A DNA stretch of 64,000 bases, taken from Candidatus Berkelbacteria bacterium (GTDB lineage Bacteria; Patescibacteriota; UBA1384; JACPKC01). The position numbers were made by a program, and so were the translations under genes. The stretch is taken from assembly GCA_016198415.1 (NCBI GenBank), contig JACQIO010000016.1, positions 6,084 through 70,083 of the forward strand, given 5' to 3'. Below the pieces are notes generated by a model. It ran no database searches, was not told where the DNA came from, and saw nothing but the letters and a program-made list of their open reading frames with translations. Of the stretch, positions 36,547 through 46,037 are shown piece after piece (position 1 is the stretch's first letter; each line of letters opens with the position of its first letter).

Positions 36547-37578
36547 TTACCGTGGCTGAATCGATTCGAGGATTCGCTGGAAGAGGCCTCGGCTCCCGGC
36601 GCTCTCGCGAAGCTCAAGGGCTCGCGCCGCTTGGTCGCCTGGCAGCGTCATGAAGCCTTTGAGTTCGCCCTCAGTCGTCATGAACGCTCTGAGTCCTCCC
36701 GCTTCCTTGATGAGCTCACACCGTTGGCCGTTGCAGGTATTGTTCGCCTCATCAAAGGTGGTGATGGGGGTGATGGTGAACGAGAGTCGCTCCACAAAGT
36801 AGTACCGACCATCCTCGGCCAGGGTTGGGTGGCCATAAGCCTTGGGATAAGCAAGCTTGATCCCGTGCTCGCCGAGTGACACGGTCTGCCACGTCTCGTA
36901 ACTGGGAGCATCTGGAAAGCCCAAGCTGGCGAGGATGGTGTCCCTGGAATTTTGGAGTGCTCCACCGACACAGAACCGAAACGTCAGTACGACGCTCACG
37001 TTCCCGTTCGGCCGTGGCACCAAGTAGGCTTCCCGGCGGCACCCGTCCTCGTCCGGGAGTTGGACGGTGGCGTAGAGTCGCTCGCCAATCCGGACCACCT
37101 CAAACGTATCCATCCGTGCGCCGCGTTCCTCAAAGGCTCGGTAGGCCTGTGAGGCCAGGCGGAGGTAGTCGATCAGCTGGAAGGCGAAGGCGTCGTTCCC
37201 AAGAGTGAAGACAACTCGGCTGCTCGTAGTGTCAAAGCGAACCGGCATAGCGGGCGGATACCGAAGGGCGACGTCCGAGGACGTTTCCCAGTATGTTTTC
37301 CAATCCTGGGAGGGCGGTGCGACGTCCCGCGTCTGCACGTCCTGCTCGGCAAGTTTCTTGCCGGGGTTCTCGGCGGACTGCCACTGCCCTTCGCCCTGGG
37401 CTGCGGTATCGAGCTGGACGCCCAGCTGATCGGCTGGAACCAAGCCACGCAAGAGTCCAGTGGATCGGTTCGGATGAGTGACCTGCCAGAGCGCGAGGGC
37501 AGCGACGATGAGCACGCTCGCCGCCACCAGCAGACGTGCCGATGAACCCCGCTGCATGAGGTACGAGCGTGACTTCAT
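36547..37578 (-). CDS. Membrane-anchored hypothetical protein
   Basis: N-terminal signal-anchor helix. 343 aa. No recognisable motif. Confidence 0.6.
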   Translation of the reverse strand: MKSRSYLMQRGSSARLLVAASVLIVAALALWQVTHPNRSTGLLRGLVPADQLGVQLDTAAQGEGQWQSAENPGKKLAEQDVQTRDVAPPSQDWKTYWETSSDVALRYPPAMPVRFDTTSSRVVFTLGNDAFAFQLIDYLRLASQAYRAFEERGARMDTFEVVRIGERLYATVQLPDEDGCRREAYLVPRPNGNVSVVLTFRFCVGGALQNSRDTILASLGFPDAPSYETWQTVSLGEHGIKLAYPKAYGHPTLAEDGRYYFVERLSFTITPITTFDEANNTCNGQRCELIKEAGGLRAFMTTEGELKGFMTLPGDQAARALELRESAGSRGLFQRILESIQPR

Positions 37579-37693
37579 TCCTGAACTCTAGCGAGCTTGG
37601 AGAAAAATGCAACGCTTCGAGACGGGTATCGCCTACTCGTTTTACGGACGTGCGACGTATCACGGGCTGACGGTTCTCGACCTCGAGCGACCG

Positions 37694-38356
37694 TCAATCC
37701 GTCACGAACGGCACAAAGACAAAGCCGGGATGGCGCTGCTCGTCGAACTCGCCTGTCTCTAGCTTCTCGAGCCGAATGATCTCAGAACCAACCGGCAGGA
37801 CAATTCGTCCACCAACCTCCACCTGCTCTTGCCACGCTGCGGGGACCGCGCTCGCGCTGGCGGCACCAATGATCCCATCAAAGGGCGCCTCATCGGGTAG
37901 GCCTGGCTCGGCGTTCTGACAGAGAATCTGACAGACCCCACGGTCAGCAAGTGAGTAACGACTGACGGTGTGCTCAGCCAGGTCTGCGAGCTCGGGAATG
38001 CGCTCGATCCCAATCACCCTCCCCCGCTTCCCATGCTGAGATACAATGTGTGACAGGAGTGCCGTTTGCCAGCCGGAGCCGCAGCCAACGTCCAGGATGG
38101 TGTTGCCCGGCTGAGGATCAAGCAGCTCGAGCATGAAGGCGACGGTATACGGCTGGGAGATGGTCTGGCCGTGGCCAATTGGTAGCGGCGTGTTCTCGTA
38201 GGCGCGATCACGAAGGCTGTCCGGGACAAAGTCAGCTCGATCAATCTCACGGAAGGCTCGAATGATCGAATCACTCTCTAGCACACCGGTCTCAACCAGC
38301 CCGTCGACGAGCTGGTCGTTCTGACTCAGCGTAGTCAACCTACGTTCGTAGTCCAT
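37694..38356 (-). CDS. pcm: Protein-L-isoaspartate O-methyltransferase
   Basis: SAM-binding LDVGCGSGW, TISQPYTVAFMLELL. Confidence 0.85.
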   Translation of the reverse strand: MDYERRLTTLSQNDQLVDGLVETGVLESDSIIRAFREIDRADFVPDSLRDRAYENTPLPIGHGQTISQPYTVAFMLELLDPQPGNTILDVGCGSGWQTALLSHIVSQHGKRGRVIGIERIPELADLAEHTVSRYSLADRGVCQILCQNAEPGLPDEAPFDGIIGAASASAVPAAWQEQVEVGGRIVLPVGSEIIRLEKLETGEFDEQRHPGFVFVPFVTD

Positions 38357-39104
38357 AGCCGCGGCGGAATAGGAACTCGGTGAGTAAGCCCAGGACGAGG
38401 ACCGAGCCGATCACCATGACGTAGCCCACGGTTGCGTTGCCCTCGCTAAAGCCAATCATCGAATGACGAATGCCGTCAATGAAGTAGAAGAACGGGTTCC
38501 ACTGAGCGATCGCCCGGAGGCTCTCCGGGAGCATATCGAGCGTGTTGAAGACACCGCCCACAAAGCTGAGGGGTGTGATCACGAACGTGCCGAGAATGTT
38601 CAGCTGCTCAAAGCCCTTGGCCCAGAGGCCAACAATGATGCCCAGGAAGCCAAAGACAATCGAGACCGCCACGAGGTAGAAGAGGAAGAGCCAGAAGTGA
38701 CTGATGGTGGCAGCTGAGAAGAAGATGGCAATCACGTAGATCCCCACGCCTACGGTCAGTGAGCGGATGACAACGCCCACAATGAAACCTAAGATCATCT
38801 CCGCGTAAGAGAGTGGCGAGACGAGGATCTCCTCAATGTGCCGGGCAAAACGGGCAAAGTAGATGGAGCTGGAGCTCTGGCCAAAGGCCGCGCCAATCAC
38901 GCTCATCATAAGGACGCCGGGCAAGACAAAGTCGATGTAGGAGTGGCCGCCAATCTCACTGATCCGCTGGCCGACCACCTGGCCAAAGACAAAGATGTAG
39001 AGCAGCGCACTGATCCACGGGGTCACGAGCGTCTGGCCGGAGACGCGGAAGAAGCGCTCCACCTCGCGTCGCATAATGGTGTACAGGCCAATCCAGTTGC
39101 CCAT
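38340..39104 (-). CDS. ABC-2 type transporter permease
   Basis: Six predicted TM helices. Overlaps the upstream ATPase gene stop. Confidence 0.8.
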   Translation of the reverse strand: MGNWIGLYTIMRREVERFFRVSGQTLVTPWISALLYIFVFGQVVGQRISEIGGHSYIDFVLPGVLMMSVIGAAFGQSSSSIYFARFARHIEEILVSPLSYAEMILGFIVGVVIRSLTVGVGIYVIAIFFSAATISHFWLFLFYLVAVSIVFGFLGIIVGLWAKGFEQLNILGTFVITPLSFVGGVFNTLDMLPESLRAIAQWNPFFYFIDGIRHSMIGFSEGNATVGYVMVIGSVLVLGLLTEFLFRRGYGLRT

Positions 39105-39865
39105 TACTTTTTCCCTACTTTCTCACGGTTCTTGGCGTCTCTCGTGAACTTGAGGTACGTGTCTTCCAGTCGGCCGCCCTTCGTCAGATTCTTCATGCTG
39201 TCATCGGCCACGATCGTGCCATCGACAATGATCACACACCGTTCGCACAGCTGCTGCACCTCCTCAAGGTAGTGTGAGGTGAAGAAGATCGTCTTCCCCT
39301 CTTTATTGAGCCCTCGAAGATACTCCCAGAGTTCCAGCCGGAGCTCCACGTCAACGCCAGCCGTTGGTTCGTCGAGGACGAGGAGTTGTGGGTCGTGCAT
39401 GAGGGCCCGGGCCAGAATCGCCCGGCGCTTGAGCCCGCCAGAGAGCTGACCGAATGGCTTCTGAGCGTGCTGCTCCAGTTCAAAGCGCTTCAAGAGCTCC
39501 TTGATGCGTTCGCCTCGATCGTACCCAGGCATGCCATAGTAGCCACCCATGTAATCGAGGATCTTCCAGAGCGGCGCAAAGATGTCCACGTTGAACTCTT
39601 GTGGCGAGAGCCCAATCTGCCGGCGCGCCTGGCGGTACTGGGACTGGACGTCATAGCCGTAGACCTCAATCGCCCCCTCTGTGAAGGTTGAGATGCCGGT
39701 CGTGCAGTGGATCGTGGTGGACTTGCCGGCGCCGTTCGGTCCCAGGAAGCCAAAGAACTGACCCTGCGGAATCGTCAGGGTGATGTTGTCCACCGCCAGT
39801 GTTTTCCCGTAGCGCTTGGTGAGATCGCGGATCGCCAGCGCCGGAGTGTTTGGGCTCGTCGTCAC
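39104..39865 (-). CDS. ABC transporter ATP-binding protein
   Basis: Walker A GFLGPNGAGKSTT, signature LSGGLKRR, Walker B LLVLDEPTAGVD. Confidence 0.9.
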   Translation of the reverse strand: MTTSPNTPALAIRDLTKRYGKTLAVDNITLTIPQGQFFGFLGPNGAGKSTTIHCTTGISTFTEGAIEVYGYDVQSQYRQARRQIGLSPQEFNVDIFAPLWKILDYMGGYYGMPGYDRGERIKELLKRFELEQHAQKPFGQLSGGLKRRAILARALMHDPQLLVLDEPTAGVDVELRLELWEYLRGLNKEGKTIFFTSHYLEEVQQLCERCVIIVDGTIVADDSMKNLTKGGRLEDTYLKFTRDAKNREKVGKK

Positions 39866-40113
39866 CGGTCCTCCAGCTTGGCGAACCGTGGTCCCTGGTA
39901 GCCGTACTCCGGTTTGTCAACGTGCTCGACGAACATCTCGTACGGCCGGACGCAGAGGGGACGATCACCGTACTCGGCCTGGTAGACCACCATCGACTCG
40001 CCGGTTTCAGTGTGCCGGGCGACGCCCAAAACAGTGTACTCTTTTCCCTTGAAATGCCGATATCGACCAGCTGGAAGCGTCTTCACCTGGTCGATCGACG
40101 TGGCTTCGGTCAT
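39862..40113 (-). CDS. DUF1653-family small protein
   Basis: YRHFKGKEYTVLGVARHTETGESMVVYQAEYGD matches the DUF1653 pattern. Confidence 0.7.
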   Translation of the reverse strand: MTEATSIDQVKTLPAGRYRHFKGKEYTVLGVARHTETGESMVVYQAEYGDRPLCVRPYEMFVEHVDKPEYGYQGPRFAKLEDR

Positions 40114-40670
40114 TCCTCCTCCTTGAACGTACCTTCTACGACGTGGTCCTCGGTGATGCCGTCGAGGCCCATGATCTCAGTTTCCTCGGTGATGACAACG
40201 CGGGTGAGGCCCCGAAGATCCTCGCTCGAGTTATAGGTGAGCCGGTATGTGTCATCGTCTGTGCGCTCAAGGCGACCGGTCGAGAGGACGCGCGAACCGT
40301 CAGTCAGCCACCCTTCGTAGAAGCGACCAGTTGCTGGACTTGGCAGCGAGGCAGTCACGGTATGATCAAAGCGTCCGTTGACGTACGTCCGAGTTGCACT
40401 CCCCGATCCTGTCCGTCCGGCCACGGGTGTGAGCGTAATGGTAGCGGCGTGGGTCTCCTGCCCGTTGGTCCGGAGATTGATGGTGGTCCGGTTCGTACTG
40501 GTACCGGCAGACGTAACAGCGGACGATGTGGTCGAGGTGCCCTCCGCTAACGGCACCGGGGTTGTATCTCTGTCACGCTGCGTTGGCAGGAGTTTCTGGT
40601 CCCAGGCGATCCAGCCGAGGAGCAGAATAGCAAGCACGATCCAGAGGTATACCCAGGGAGAACTTCTCAT
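40110..40670 (-). CDS. Membrane-anchored Thr/Ser-rich hypothetical protein
   Basis: N-terminal TM. 4-bp overlap with the downstream gene (operon with the ABC genes). Confidence 0.6.
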   Translation of the reverse strand: MRSSPWVYLWIVLAILLLGWIAWDQKLLPTQRDRDTTPVPLAEGTSTTSSAVTSAGTSTNRTTINLRTNGQETHAATITLTPVAGRTGSGSATRTYVNGRFDHTVTASLPSPATGRFYEGWLTDGSRVLSTGRLERTDDDTYRLTYNSSEDLRGLTRVVITEETEIMGLDGITEDHVVEGTFKEEE

Positions 40671-40873
40671 GAAATGAGTCTAGTCCTCTTCCCCGGTATC
40701 GTCCATACATTATACGACCGTCTGATGTGTGAAGAGCGCTGCGTATAGGGTGACGTTCAGTGATCGTATCGTTCCAGCGACATGACTACAAAGCCTTGGT
40801 CGTGGATCTCGTCGGCGTTCCAGACGGGTAGGTCGCGGGTGTGGAGGACGTCGGAGATCCGCCGCATCGCGCG

Positions 40874-41341
40874 CTACGGTCGGTCTCGGTTCGCCAGGAT
40901 GATGAGGCCCACAATGACGAGGAGGAGCGGCCAGAGTTTCCCAAAGACGATCAGGCTGACCACGCCCAGGTTGCCAAGGAGAAAGACCACGCCCAGGAGA
41001 ATGAGGATCACTGCCCACCAGGTCTTGATCCCGGCTCGCTCGGCCATGGCCTCCAAATCCTCACCGAGCGCCTCGGCTCGCTCCCCAAGCTCTTCGGCGT
41101 TCGTCCTGACCACCTTCTCCACCGCCTTACTCCCATGGTAGGACTGGCTCGGCACGAGGATCCAGAGGATGAGGTAGAGGACGAGCCCTCCCCCGCCCCA
41201 GAGCGTCAGGAGGACAAAGAGAACGCGAACCAGTGTGGCATCAATATTGAGGTGCTCGGCAATGCCGCCGGCCACCCCGGCAATGACGCGGTCGGTCTCG
41301 GATCGGTAGAGACGCTGCTTGGTGGTCTTGGTCATACGCAC
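40874..41341 (-). CDS. PspC-domain membrane protein
   Basis: YRSETDRVIAGVAGGIAEHLNIDATLVRVLFVLL is the PspC domain, followed by extra TM helices. Confidence 0.8.
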   Translation of the reverse strand: MRMTKTTKQRLYRSETDRVIAGVAGGIAEHLNIDATLVRVLFVLLTLWGGGGLVLYLILWILVPSQSYHGSKAVEKVVRTNAEELGERAEALGEDLEAMAERAGIKTWWAVILILLGVVFLLGNLGVVSLIVFGKLWPLLLVIVGLIILANRDRP

Positions 41342-41353
41342 TCAGTATACCAG

Positions 41354-41941
41354 CTACCGCTGGAGGAAATCGTCAAGCAACCGGACCTGCTCGGCAGTTG
41401 AGAGTGGCTGGAGGGTCCCCGCAGCCAGTCGCTGTCGGGTGGCCTCGGCCAGTGCCAGGGCTGCGGTCACCGAAACATTGAGACTCTGGACCAGCCCGCG
41501 CATGGGGATCATGGCCACCGCATCAGCCACCTCGAGAGCTCGTGTAGACAGGCCAGCCTTCTCGTTGCCCACCAGGAAGGCGAGCCGCGGACCCGTCAGA
41601 TCAAGCTCGTAGAGATCCTTGGCCTCGGCCGCCAGGGCGAGGGCAATCGTCTGATAGCCGTCTGACCTCAGTGTGTTGATCCCAGCATCAATTGACCGGT
41701 GGATTGAGAAGTCCAGCCAGCGGTTGGCGCTGGACGAGCTCGCCTTGCCCACCTGTCGGGGATTGAACGGCGCCTCTCGCGCAAACACACAGTGGACGCG
41801 TTGGACGCCCAAGGCATCGGCTGTGCGCAGGATCGCCGCGGCATTGTGCGGATCGTGCATGTCTTCCAGGAGCACCGTCAGGCCGGCCTGTCGCTGCTCG
41901 ACCACCCGACGGAGTCGCTGGTGCCGTGCCTCAGTCACCAT
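41354..41941 (-). CDS. TrmH/SpoU-family tRNA/rRNA 2'-O-methyltransferase
   Basis: LEDMHDPHNAAAILRTADALGV and C-terminal SPOUT knot motifs. Confidence 0.85.
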   Translation of the reverse strand: MVTEARHQRLRRVVEQRQAGLTVLLEDMHDPHNAAAILRTADALGVQRVHCVFAREAPFNPRQVGKASSSSANRWLDFSIHRSIDAGINTLRSDGYQTIALALAAEAKDLYELDLTGPRLAFLVGNEKAGLSTRALEVADAVAMIPMRGLVQSLNVSVTAALALAEATRQRLAAGTLQPLSTAEQVRLLDDFLQR

Positions 41942-42434
41942 GGCGGAGGGGTCGAAGTGGTGAGGCGAGCGTGACCGCCACGAGTGAGAGCGTAATCCCG
42001 GCCGAGAGGAGGCAGTAGAGGCAGTAGGCGTTCAGGATGACGGCTTGTATGTAGAACAGGCCGAGCGTCGTGAGGCTTCCCAGCCCGACGAGGAGCCAGA
42101 GTCCTCGTCGTCGCATCTGAACCGTCAAGCGCGCTGATGGCAGCGTCACGAGGAAGACGGCCAGGTAGTAGAACGCGCCTAGGAGTGCGATGGGAATCGG
42201 TCCCAGTGTGGCGTACTCGCTCGTGAGCACCAGCTCACAGCCACCCACCGTGCAGGGCGGGATCGTCCCAAGGAAGTGCTCGACCGTCAGGTAGGTCGCA
42301 TCAGCCAGGCCCACGAGCGCGAGGCCGCGGACGATCAGCCAGGCCGAGGCGGCCGGTGTCTTACTGCCCAAGTTCGGTGCGGACGAGCGTGCGGAGGGTG
42401 TCATAGCTGTTGGGGTTGTCGATCTTCTTCCCAT
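41931..42434 (-). CDS. Vitamin K epoxide reductase (VKOR) family membrane protein
   Basis: Multi-TM protein with CTVGGC active-site pair. Adjacent to DsbA-like gene. Confidence 0.75.
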   Translation of the reverse strand: MGRRSTTPTAMTPSARSSAPNLGSKTPAASAWLIVRGLALVGLADATYLTVEHFLGTIPPCTVGGCELVLTSEYATLGPIPIALLGAFYYLAVFLVTLPSARLTVQMRRRGLWLLVGLGSLTTLGLFYIQAVILNAYCLYCLLSAGITLSLVAVTLASPLRPLRHGD

Positions 42435-43005
42435 TCAAGATGAAGGTGGGCGTGGCGGTCACTTGCGCAACGTTGCCGGACCGAACATCGGCCTGGACAG
42501 CCTCCTTGGTTTCCGGCCGGTCCAGGGTCTCCCGGAAGAGGGCGAGATCGAGCCCAAGGTCCTCGGCGTAGGTGGCGAAGACGTCCGTGGGATCGTCGAG
42601 CTCGGACCACTCAGGCTGGCGTTCGTAGAGAAGATCGTGCATGGGGAAGAACTTGCCCTGCTCCCCGGCGGCCTCGGCGGCATGTGCAGCGGCCCGCGCG
42701 TTGGAGTGAATGTTGTCCAGCGGAAAGTGTCGGTAGATCACGCGGAGTTCCTGGGGCGGAAACTCGGTCTTGAGTTGGCGCAGCAGTTCAAAGAAGAACC
42801 GGCAAGCCGGACACTGGAAGTCGCCGTACTCAATAAGGGTCACCCGCGCCGACTCGTTGCCGGTTGACCACTCGTCCGTTGCCACCTCGGCCACAGACTG
42901 AGGGATCGTCACAGGTGCAGTGACTTGCTTGGCGTCGAAGAACGCAATTCCCACCACCAAGCCGATGATGCCCAGCGCCGCTAACGTCCAACCCCAACTT
43001 CCCAT
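42361..43005 (-). CDS. DsbA-family thioredoxin-fold oxidoreductase (secreted)
   Basis: N-terminal signal anchor, CPAC active site (GDFQCPACRFF). Confidence 0.8.
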   Translation of the reverse strand: MGSWGWTLAALGIIGLVVGIAFFDAKQVTAPVTIPQSVAEVATDEWSTGNESARVTLIEYGDFQCPACRFFFELLRQLKTEFPPQELRVIYRHFPLDNIHSNARAAAHAAEAAGEQGKFFPMHDLLYERQPEWSELDDPTDVFATYAEDLGLDLALFRETLDRPETKEAVQADVRSGNVAQVTATPTFILNGKKIDNPNSYDTLRTLVRTELGQ

Positions 43006-43022
43006 GACAACTCCTTCTCTCC

Positions 43023-43463
43023 TTAGGTCTGCTCGTACCGGCCCATCAGCTCGGCGTGGTTGACGATGTGACCTTCCATCGCTGCTTCGAGGTCGGCCTT
43101 CGCCGTGGAAGGCGGCAGCTCGAGGAGGGTATCGAGCGCGAACACCTTGAAGTAGTAGCGATGCTCGCGGTCGGGTGGACAGGGACCGTGGTAGCCGGTG
43201 GTCTTTGCACTCGTGGTGCCCTCAACCCCACCCCGCGGGACTGTCCCGGCCGGGATCTCGGTCAGTGTTGGGTCGAGATTCCAGACCAGCCAGTGGACCC
43301 AGAGGCCGACCGGCGCATCTGGATCGTCGACGATGAGCGCCAGGCTCTTGGTCCCGTCCGGCACGTCGGCAATCGCAAGCGGCGGACTGACATCGCCACC
43401 TTGGCAGGTGTATCGAGTCGGAATTGCACCACTCTGCTCAAAGGCAGGCGAAGTTAGCTTCAC
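43023..43463 (-). CDS. YbhB/YbcL-family (PEBP) protein; start set at GTG matching the family N-terminus (ORF track extends to 43511 through the repeat)
   Basis: VKLTSPAFEQSGAIPTRYTCQGGDVSPPLAIADVPDGTKSLALIVDDPDAP aligns with YbhB MKLISNDL...DPDAP. Confidence 0.8.
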   Translation of the reverse strand: MKLTSPAFEQSGAIPTRYTCQGGDVSPPLAIADVPDGTKSLALIVDDPDAPVGLWVHWLVWNLDPTLTEIPAGTVPRGGVEGTTSAKTTGYHGPCPPDREHRYYFKVFALDTLLELPPSTAKADLEAAMEGHIVNHAELMGRYEQT

Positions 43464-43483
43464 GGCTCCAGCTCCGATCCCAG

Positions 43484-43543
43484 CATCTGTGTGATCTGTG
43501 TGCCCCGACAAATCTGCCGGGGCCTGTGCATCTGTGGTGTGAG
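43484..43543 (-). repeat. Box-hairpin-box intergenic repeat, copy C (upstream of PEBP gene)
   Basis: RC reads CTCACACCACAGATGCACAGG - CCCCGGCAGATTTGTCGGGG - CACACAGATCACACAGATGCTG. Confidence 0.5.
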
Positions 43544-43544
43544 A

Positions 43545-44105
43545 CTAATCTTTGGCTGCGTCAATCACCTCTTGGGCGCCGTCCACGGACGAGACGAGGA
43601 CGTCCTTGACCGCATCCACCGCCGTCCCGCCCACCTCGCCGGCGCCCTTCAAGGCACCGGTCACGGCGGACTTGGTGACCGCTCCCACATCGCCACCCAC
43701 CTCGCGCGTGGCGTCAATTAAACTCATGACGACGGCTTTGGCGGCCTCGGCGGTGTCTTCTCCAGTCTCCCCGGCTTCACTGACGGCCGTACTGGCCACT
43801 TCCCCAGCGGCCGTGGTCAGGTCGCCGCCTACCTGAGAGACGCCCTCAATGACGCCGCGGGCGACGCCGCGAATCCCATCGAGCGTGCTCGCACCAGCCT
43901 CAGCTGCACCCTCAATCGCCCCTCGGGTGACGTCGCTGACGACTGCCACGAGTTTCTCGGCCACATCGCCGGTCCCGCCTAGAGCGGTCTTGGTGGTATC
44001 GGCCACCGTCTGGGCGGCCGTGCCAGCCACGTCCCCGGCTGTCCCCAAGACGCCCATCAAGGCATCGTGTGCCTGTTTACCCAACTCTCCTAGTGGATGA
44101 GCCAT
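43545..44105 (-). CDS. Ala/Gly/Thr/Val-rich repetitive hypothetical protein
   Basis: Strong SD GAGGAGGAA 4 nt before ATG. Periodic GxVAxTAxxxVxDxxxxA repeats. 186 aa. Confidence 0.6.
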   Translation of the reverse strand: MAHPLGELGKQAHDALMGVLGTAGDVAGTAAQTVADTTKTALGGTGDVAEKLVAVVSDVTRGAIEGAAEAGASTLDGIRGVARGVIEGVSQVGGDLTTAAGEVASTAVSEAGETGEDTAEAAKAVVMSLIDATREVGGDVGAVTKSAVTGALKGAGEVGGTAVDAVKDVLVSSVDGAQEVIDAAKD

Positions 44106-44267
44106 CGTTCCTCCTCTCAGCTGATTTTCTCCACTCTAGCGCACGGTCTGCGTACCTCCAAGCCCAGTTGGACACAGCTTGACACCCCCTCAACCCTCCA
44201 GCTAGCCTCAACTCCAGAGCGTGCCGCTGGCACCTCAACATCTTGTGGAAGAACGGAGGTGAGCGCT

Positions 44268-45815
44268 GTGACGGAAGTCAACGGACTCACCAAGCTGGTC
44301 GGAGCATACCGACCCACCCGGATCGAACCCTTTCTCCTGAGATTCTTGCAACTAGCCGACGCGCAACCGTTGGTGGGAGAGATCGAGCTCGATGAACCAA
44401 CAACCATCAAGCCGCCCCGCGAGGAGTCGGTCTGTTGGTTTGAACACGAGGGCAGCGTGGCCCTGACCGTGACGGTCGAGATTGCGTCCGAGCGTCACAC
44501 CACTCACCAGGTGGCACGGCTCTACGCGGCGGGATCCAAGAAGCGCGGGATCGTCCTCCTTGGGCCACTCGAGCATCGGATGGTTGAGCTGGCTGCAGCT
44601 CACGGCGTCACCTACAGGGGCCGCCACCGACAGAGTCAAGATCGGAAGAGCGAGGCAGATCCCAAGGCGCTCAAGCGACTCGAGGACCTAATGCTTCGTC
44701 TCAGAGAAGAGGTCTCTGCCCTGGGGCCGGCAAACCTCGACCGCATCACCAAGGTGGTGAACGAGCTCGTCCGCAGGGTGGCCGCGCTCGAGAAAGTTGC
44801 CACTGAACCCCGCACCGACGAGGGTTCGAGCGGGCACAGTGAGCTCATCGAGCGGCTGGCCAGGAAAGTCGAAGGTCGCTCGGACGACACCGCTGCGCTC
44901 CAGAATCAGGTGGGCAGGCTGGCGGAGGAGCTCAATCGACAAGGGGCACTGCTCAGGGGGCAGCGCGCCCCGGAGGTCGAGATCAGTTCAAGCCCGACGG
45001 CCCTGGACCAGTTTGAGCGGGCCATCGATCGGCTCAGGACTGCCTCCCAGTGGCACGGGAACGAGCTGGGTCAACTCAAGGAGGCGCTGGAGCAGGGGCT
45101 GGGTGAGCTTTCGGCTCGGCTCCAAGTCTGCGAGGGGCAGCTGGTCGAGTGGTCGCCAAACGCCGCGGCAGAGCCCGAACCCAGCAACTGGCGGCTCGAG
45201 GTCGAGTTGGCGTTGGCTGGGCTCACGGCGCGGATCGACGCCCTGGTAGTGGATCGCAACGTCGCCGAAGATGACCTGCGCTCTCGGGTCGTGACCCTGG
45301 AGATCCGCTTGGCCGAACAGGCCGAGGCTTTCCAGATCCGACTTGCGGCGCTGGAAGCTCGGCAGGCTGACGCGACTTCCGAGGTGGAGGAACAGGAGGA
45401 TCAACAAGAAGAGGACGAAATCGACGAGGACGTCGATCCCCTTCACCTTGTCCTCTTCGCTGTCTACCGGTGCGCCGACGATCAGAGTATCACGACCAAC
45501 CGCCGGAACTGGGACCGGTGTCTGTGGCGCAAGCACCTTCTCCCCATTCCGGTCTCCCAGCTGGTCCGTGATCTCCGGGAACGGTTGCGGAGCTGGAACG
45601 GCAAGCCGGTCACGGAAGCGGTTGCCGAACAGCTCTACGACTACCTCCCCCAGAAAGTCCGGCGCTACGCCAAGCGCCAGGCTGTCCTAACCGTGGCGCG
45701 CTGTATCGTCGATGGCTTCTTTGCCCGCGGCTTGGGCAAGGATGGCCGGCTCACGTTGGACGACGAGGACGCGGTTGCGGCGTTCACGGCCACGCTCGTC
45801 ACCCTCGACGACTAG
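44268..45815 (+). CDS. Coiled-coil hypothetical protein with acidic C-terminal segment (GTG start after SD GGAGG; ORF track extends to 44097)
   Basis: N-terminal globular region, long heptad-like Ala/Leu/Glu/Arg stretches, EEQEDQQEEDEIDEDVD acidic patch. Confidence 0.55.
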   Translation: MTEVNGLTKLVGAYRPTRIEPFLLRFLQLADAQPLVGEIELDEPTTIKPPREESVCWFEHEGSVALTVTVEIASERHTTHQVARLYAAGSKKRGIVLLGPLEHRMVELAAAHGVTYRGRHRQSQDRKSEADPKALKRLEDLMLRLREEVSALGPANLDRITKVVNELVRRVAALEKVATEPRTDEGSSGHSELIERLARKVEGRSDDTAALQNQVGRLAEELNRQGALLRGQRAPEVEISSSPTALDQFERAIDRLRTASQWHGNELGQLKEALEQGLGELSARLQVCEGQLVEWSPNAAAEPEPSNWRLEVELALAGLTARIDALVVDRNVAEDDLRSRVVTLEIRLAEQAEAFQIRLAALEARQADATSEVEEQEDQQEEDEIDEDVDPLHLVLFAVYRCADDQSITTNRRNWDRCLWRKHLLPIPVSQLVRDLRERLRSWNGKPVTEAVAEQLYDYLPQKVRRYAKRQAVLTVARCIVDGFFARGLGKDGRLTLDDEDAVAAFTATLVTLDD

Positions 45816-45980
45816 TCACAGAGGCAGTCGTCACCCAGGCCCCGGTATCACGCCGGGGTCTCATCATGTCCGCACATCCCCTACAGACGTGTCATTCATG
45901 AAATTTCGGGGAACACGTCTGATGGAACACTGGTGGGACACCGACAAGCCCGCTCCCGCTTCTCGAAGTGTTGAAGCCCC

Positions 45981-46022
45981 CCCATCCACCCTTATACTAC
46001 CATGCTATATAGCATGGTAGTA
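45981..46022. repeat. Perfect AT-rich 40-bp palindrome between convergent genes (probable bidirectional terminator or binding site)
   Basis: CCCTTATACTACCATGCTATA|TAGCATGGTAGTATAAGGG seen directly. Stands out in a GC-rich background. Confidence 0.5.
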
Positions 46023-46037
46023 TAAGGGTCTATACGC

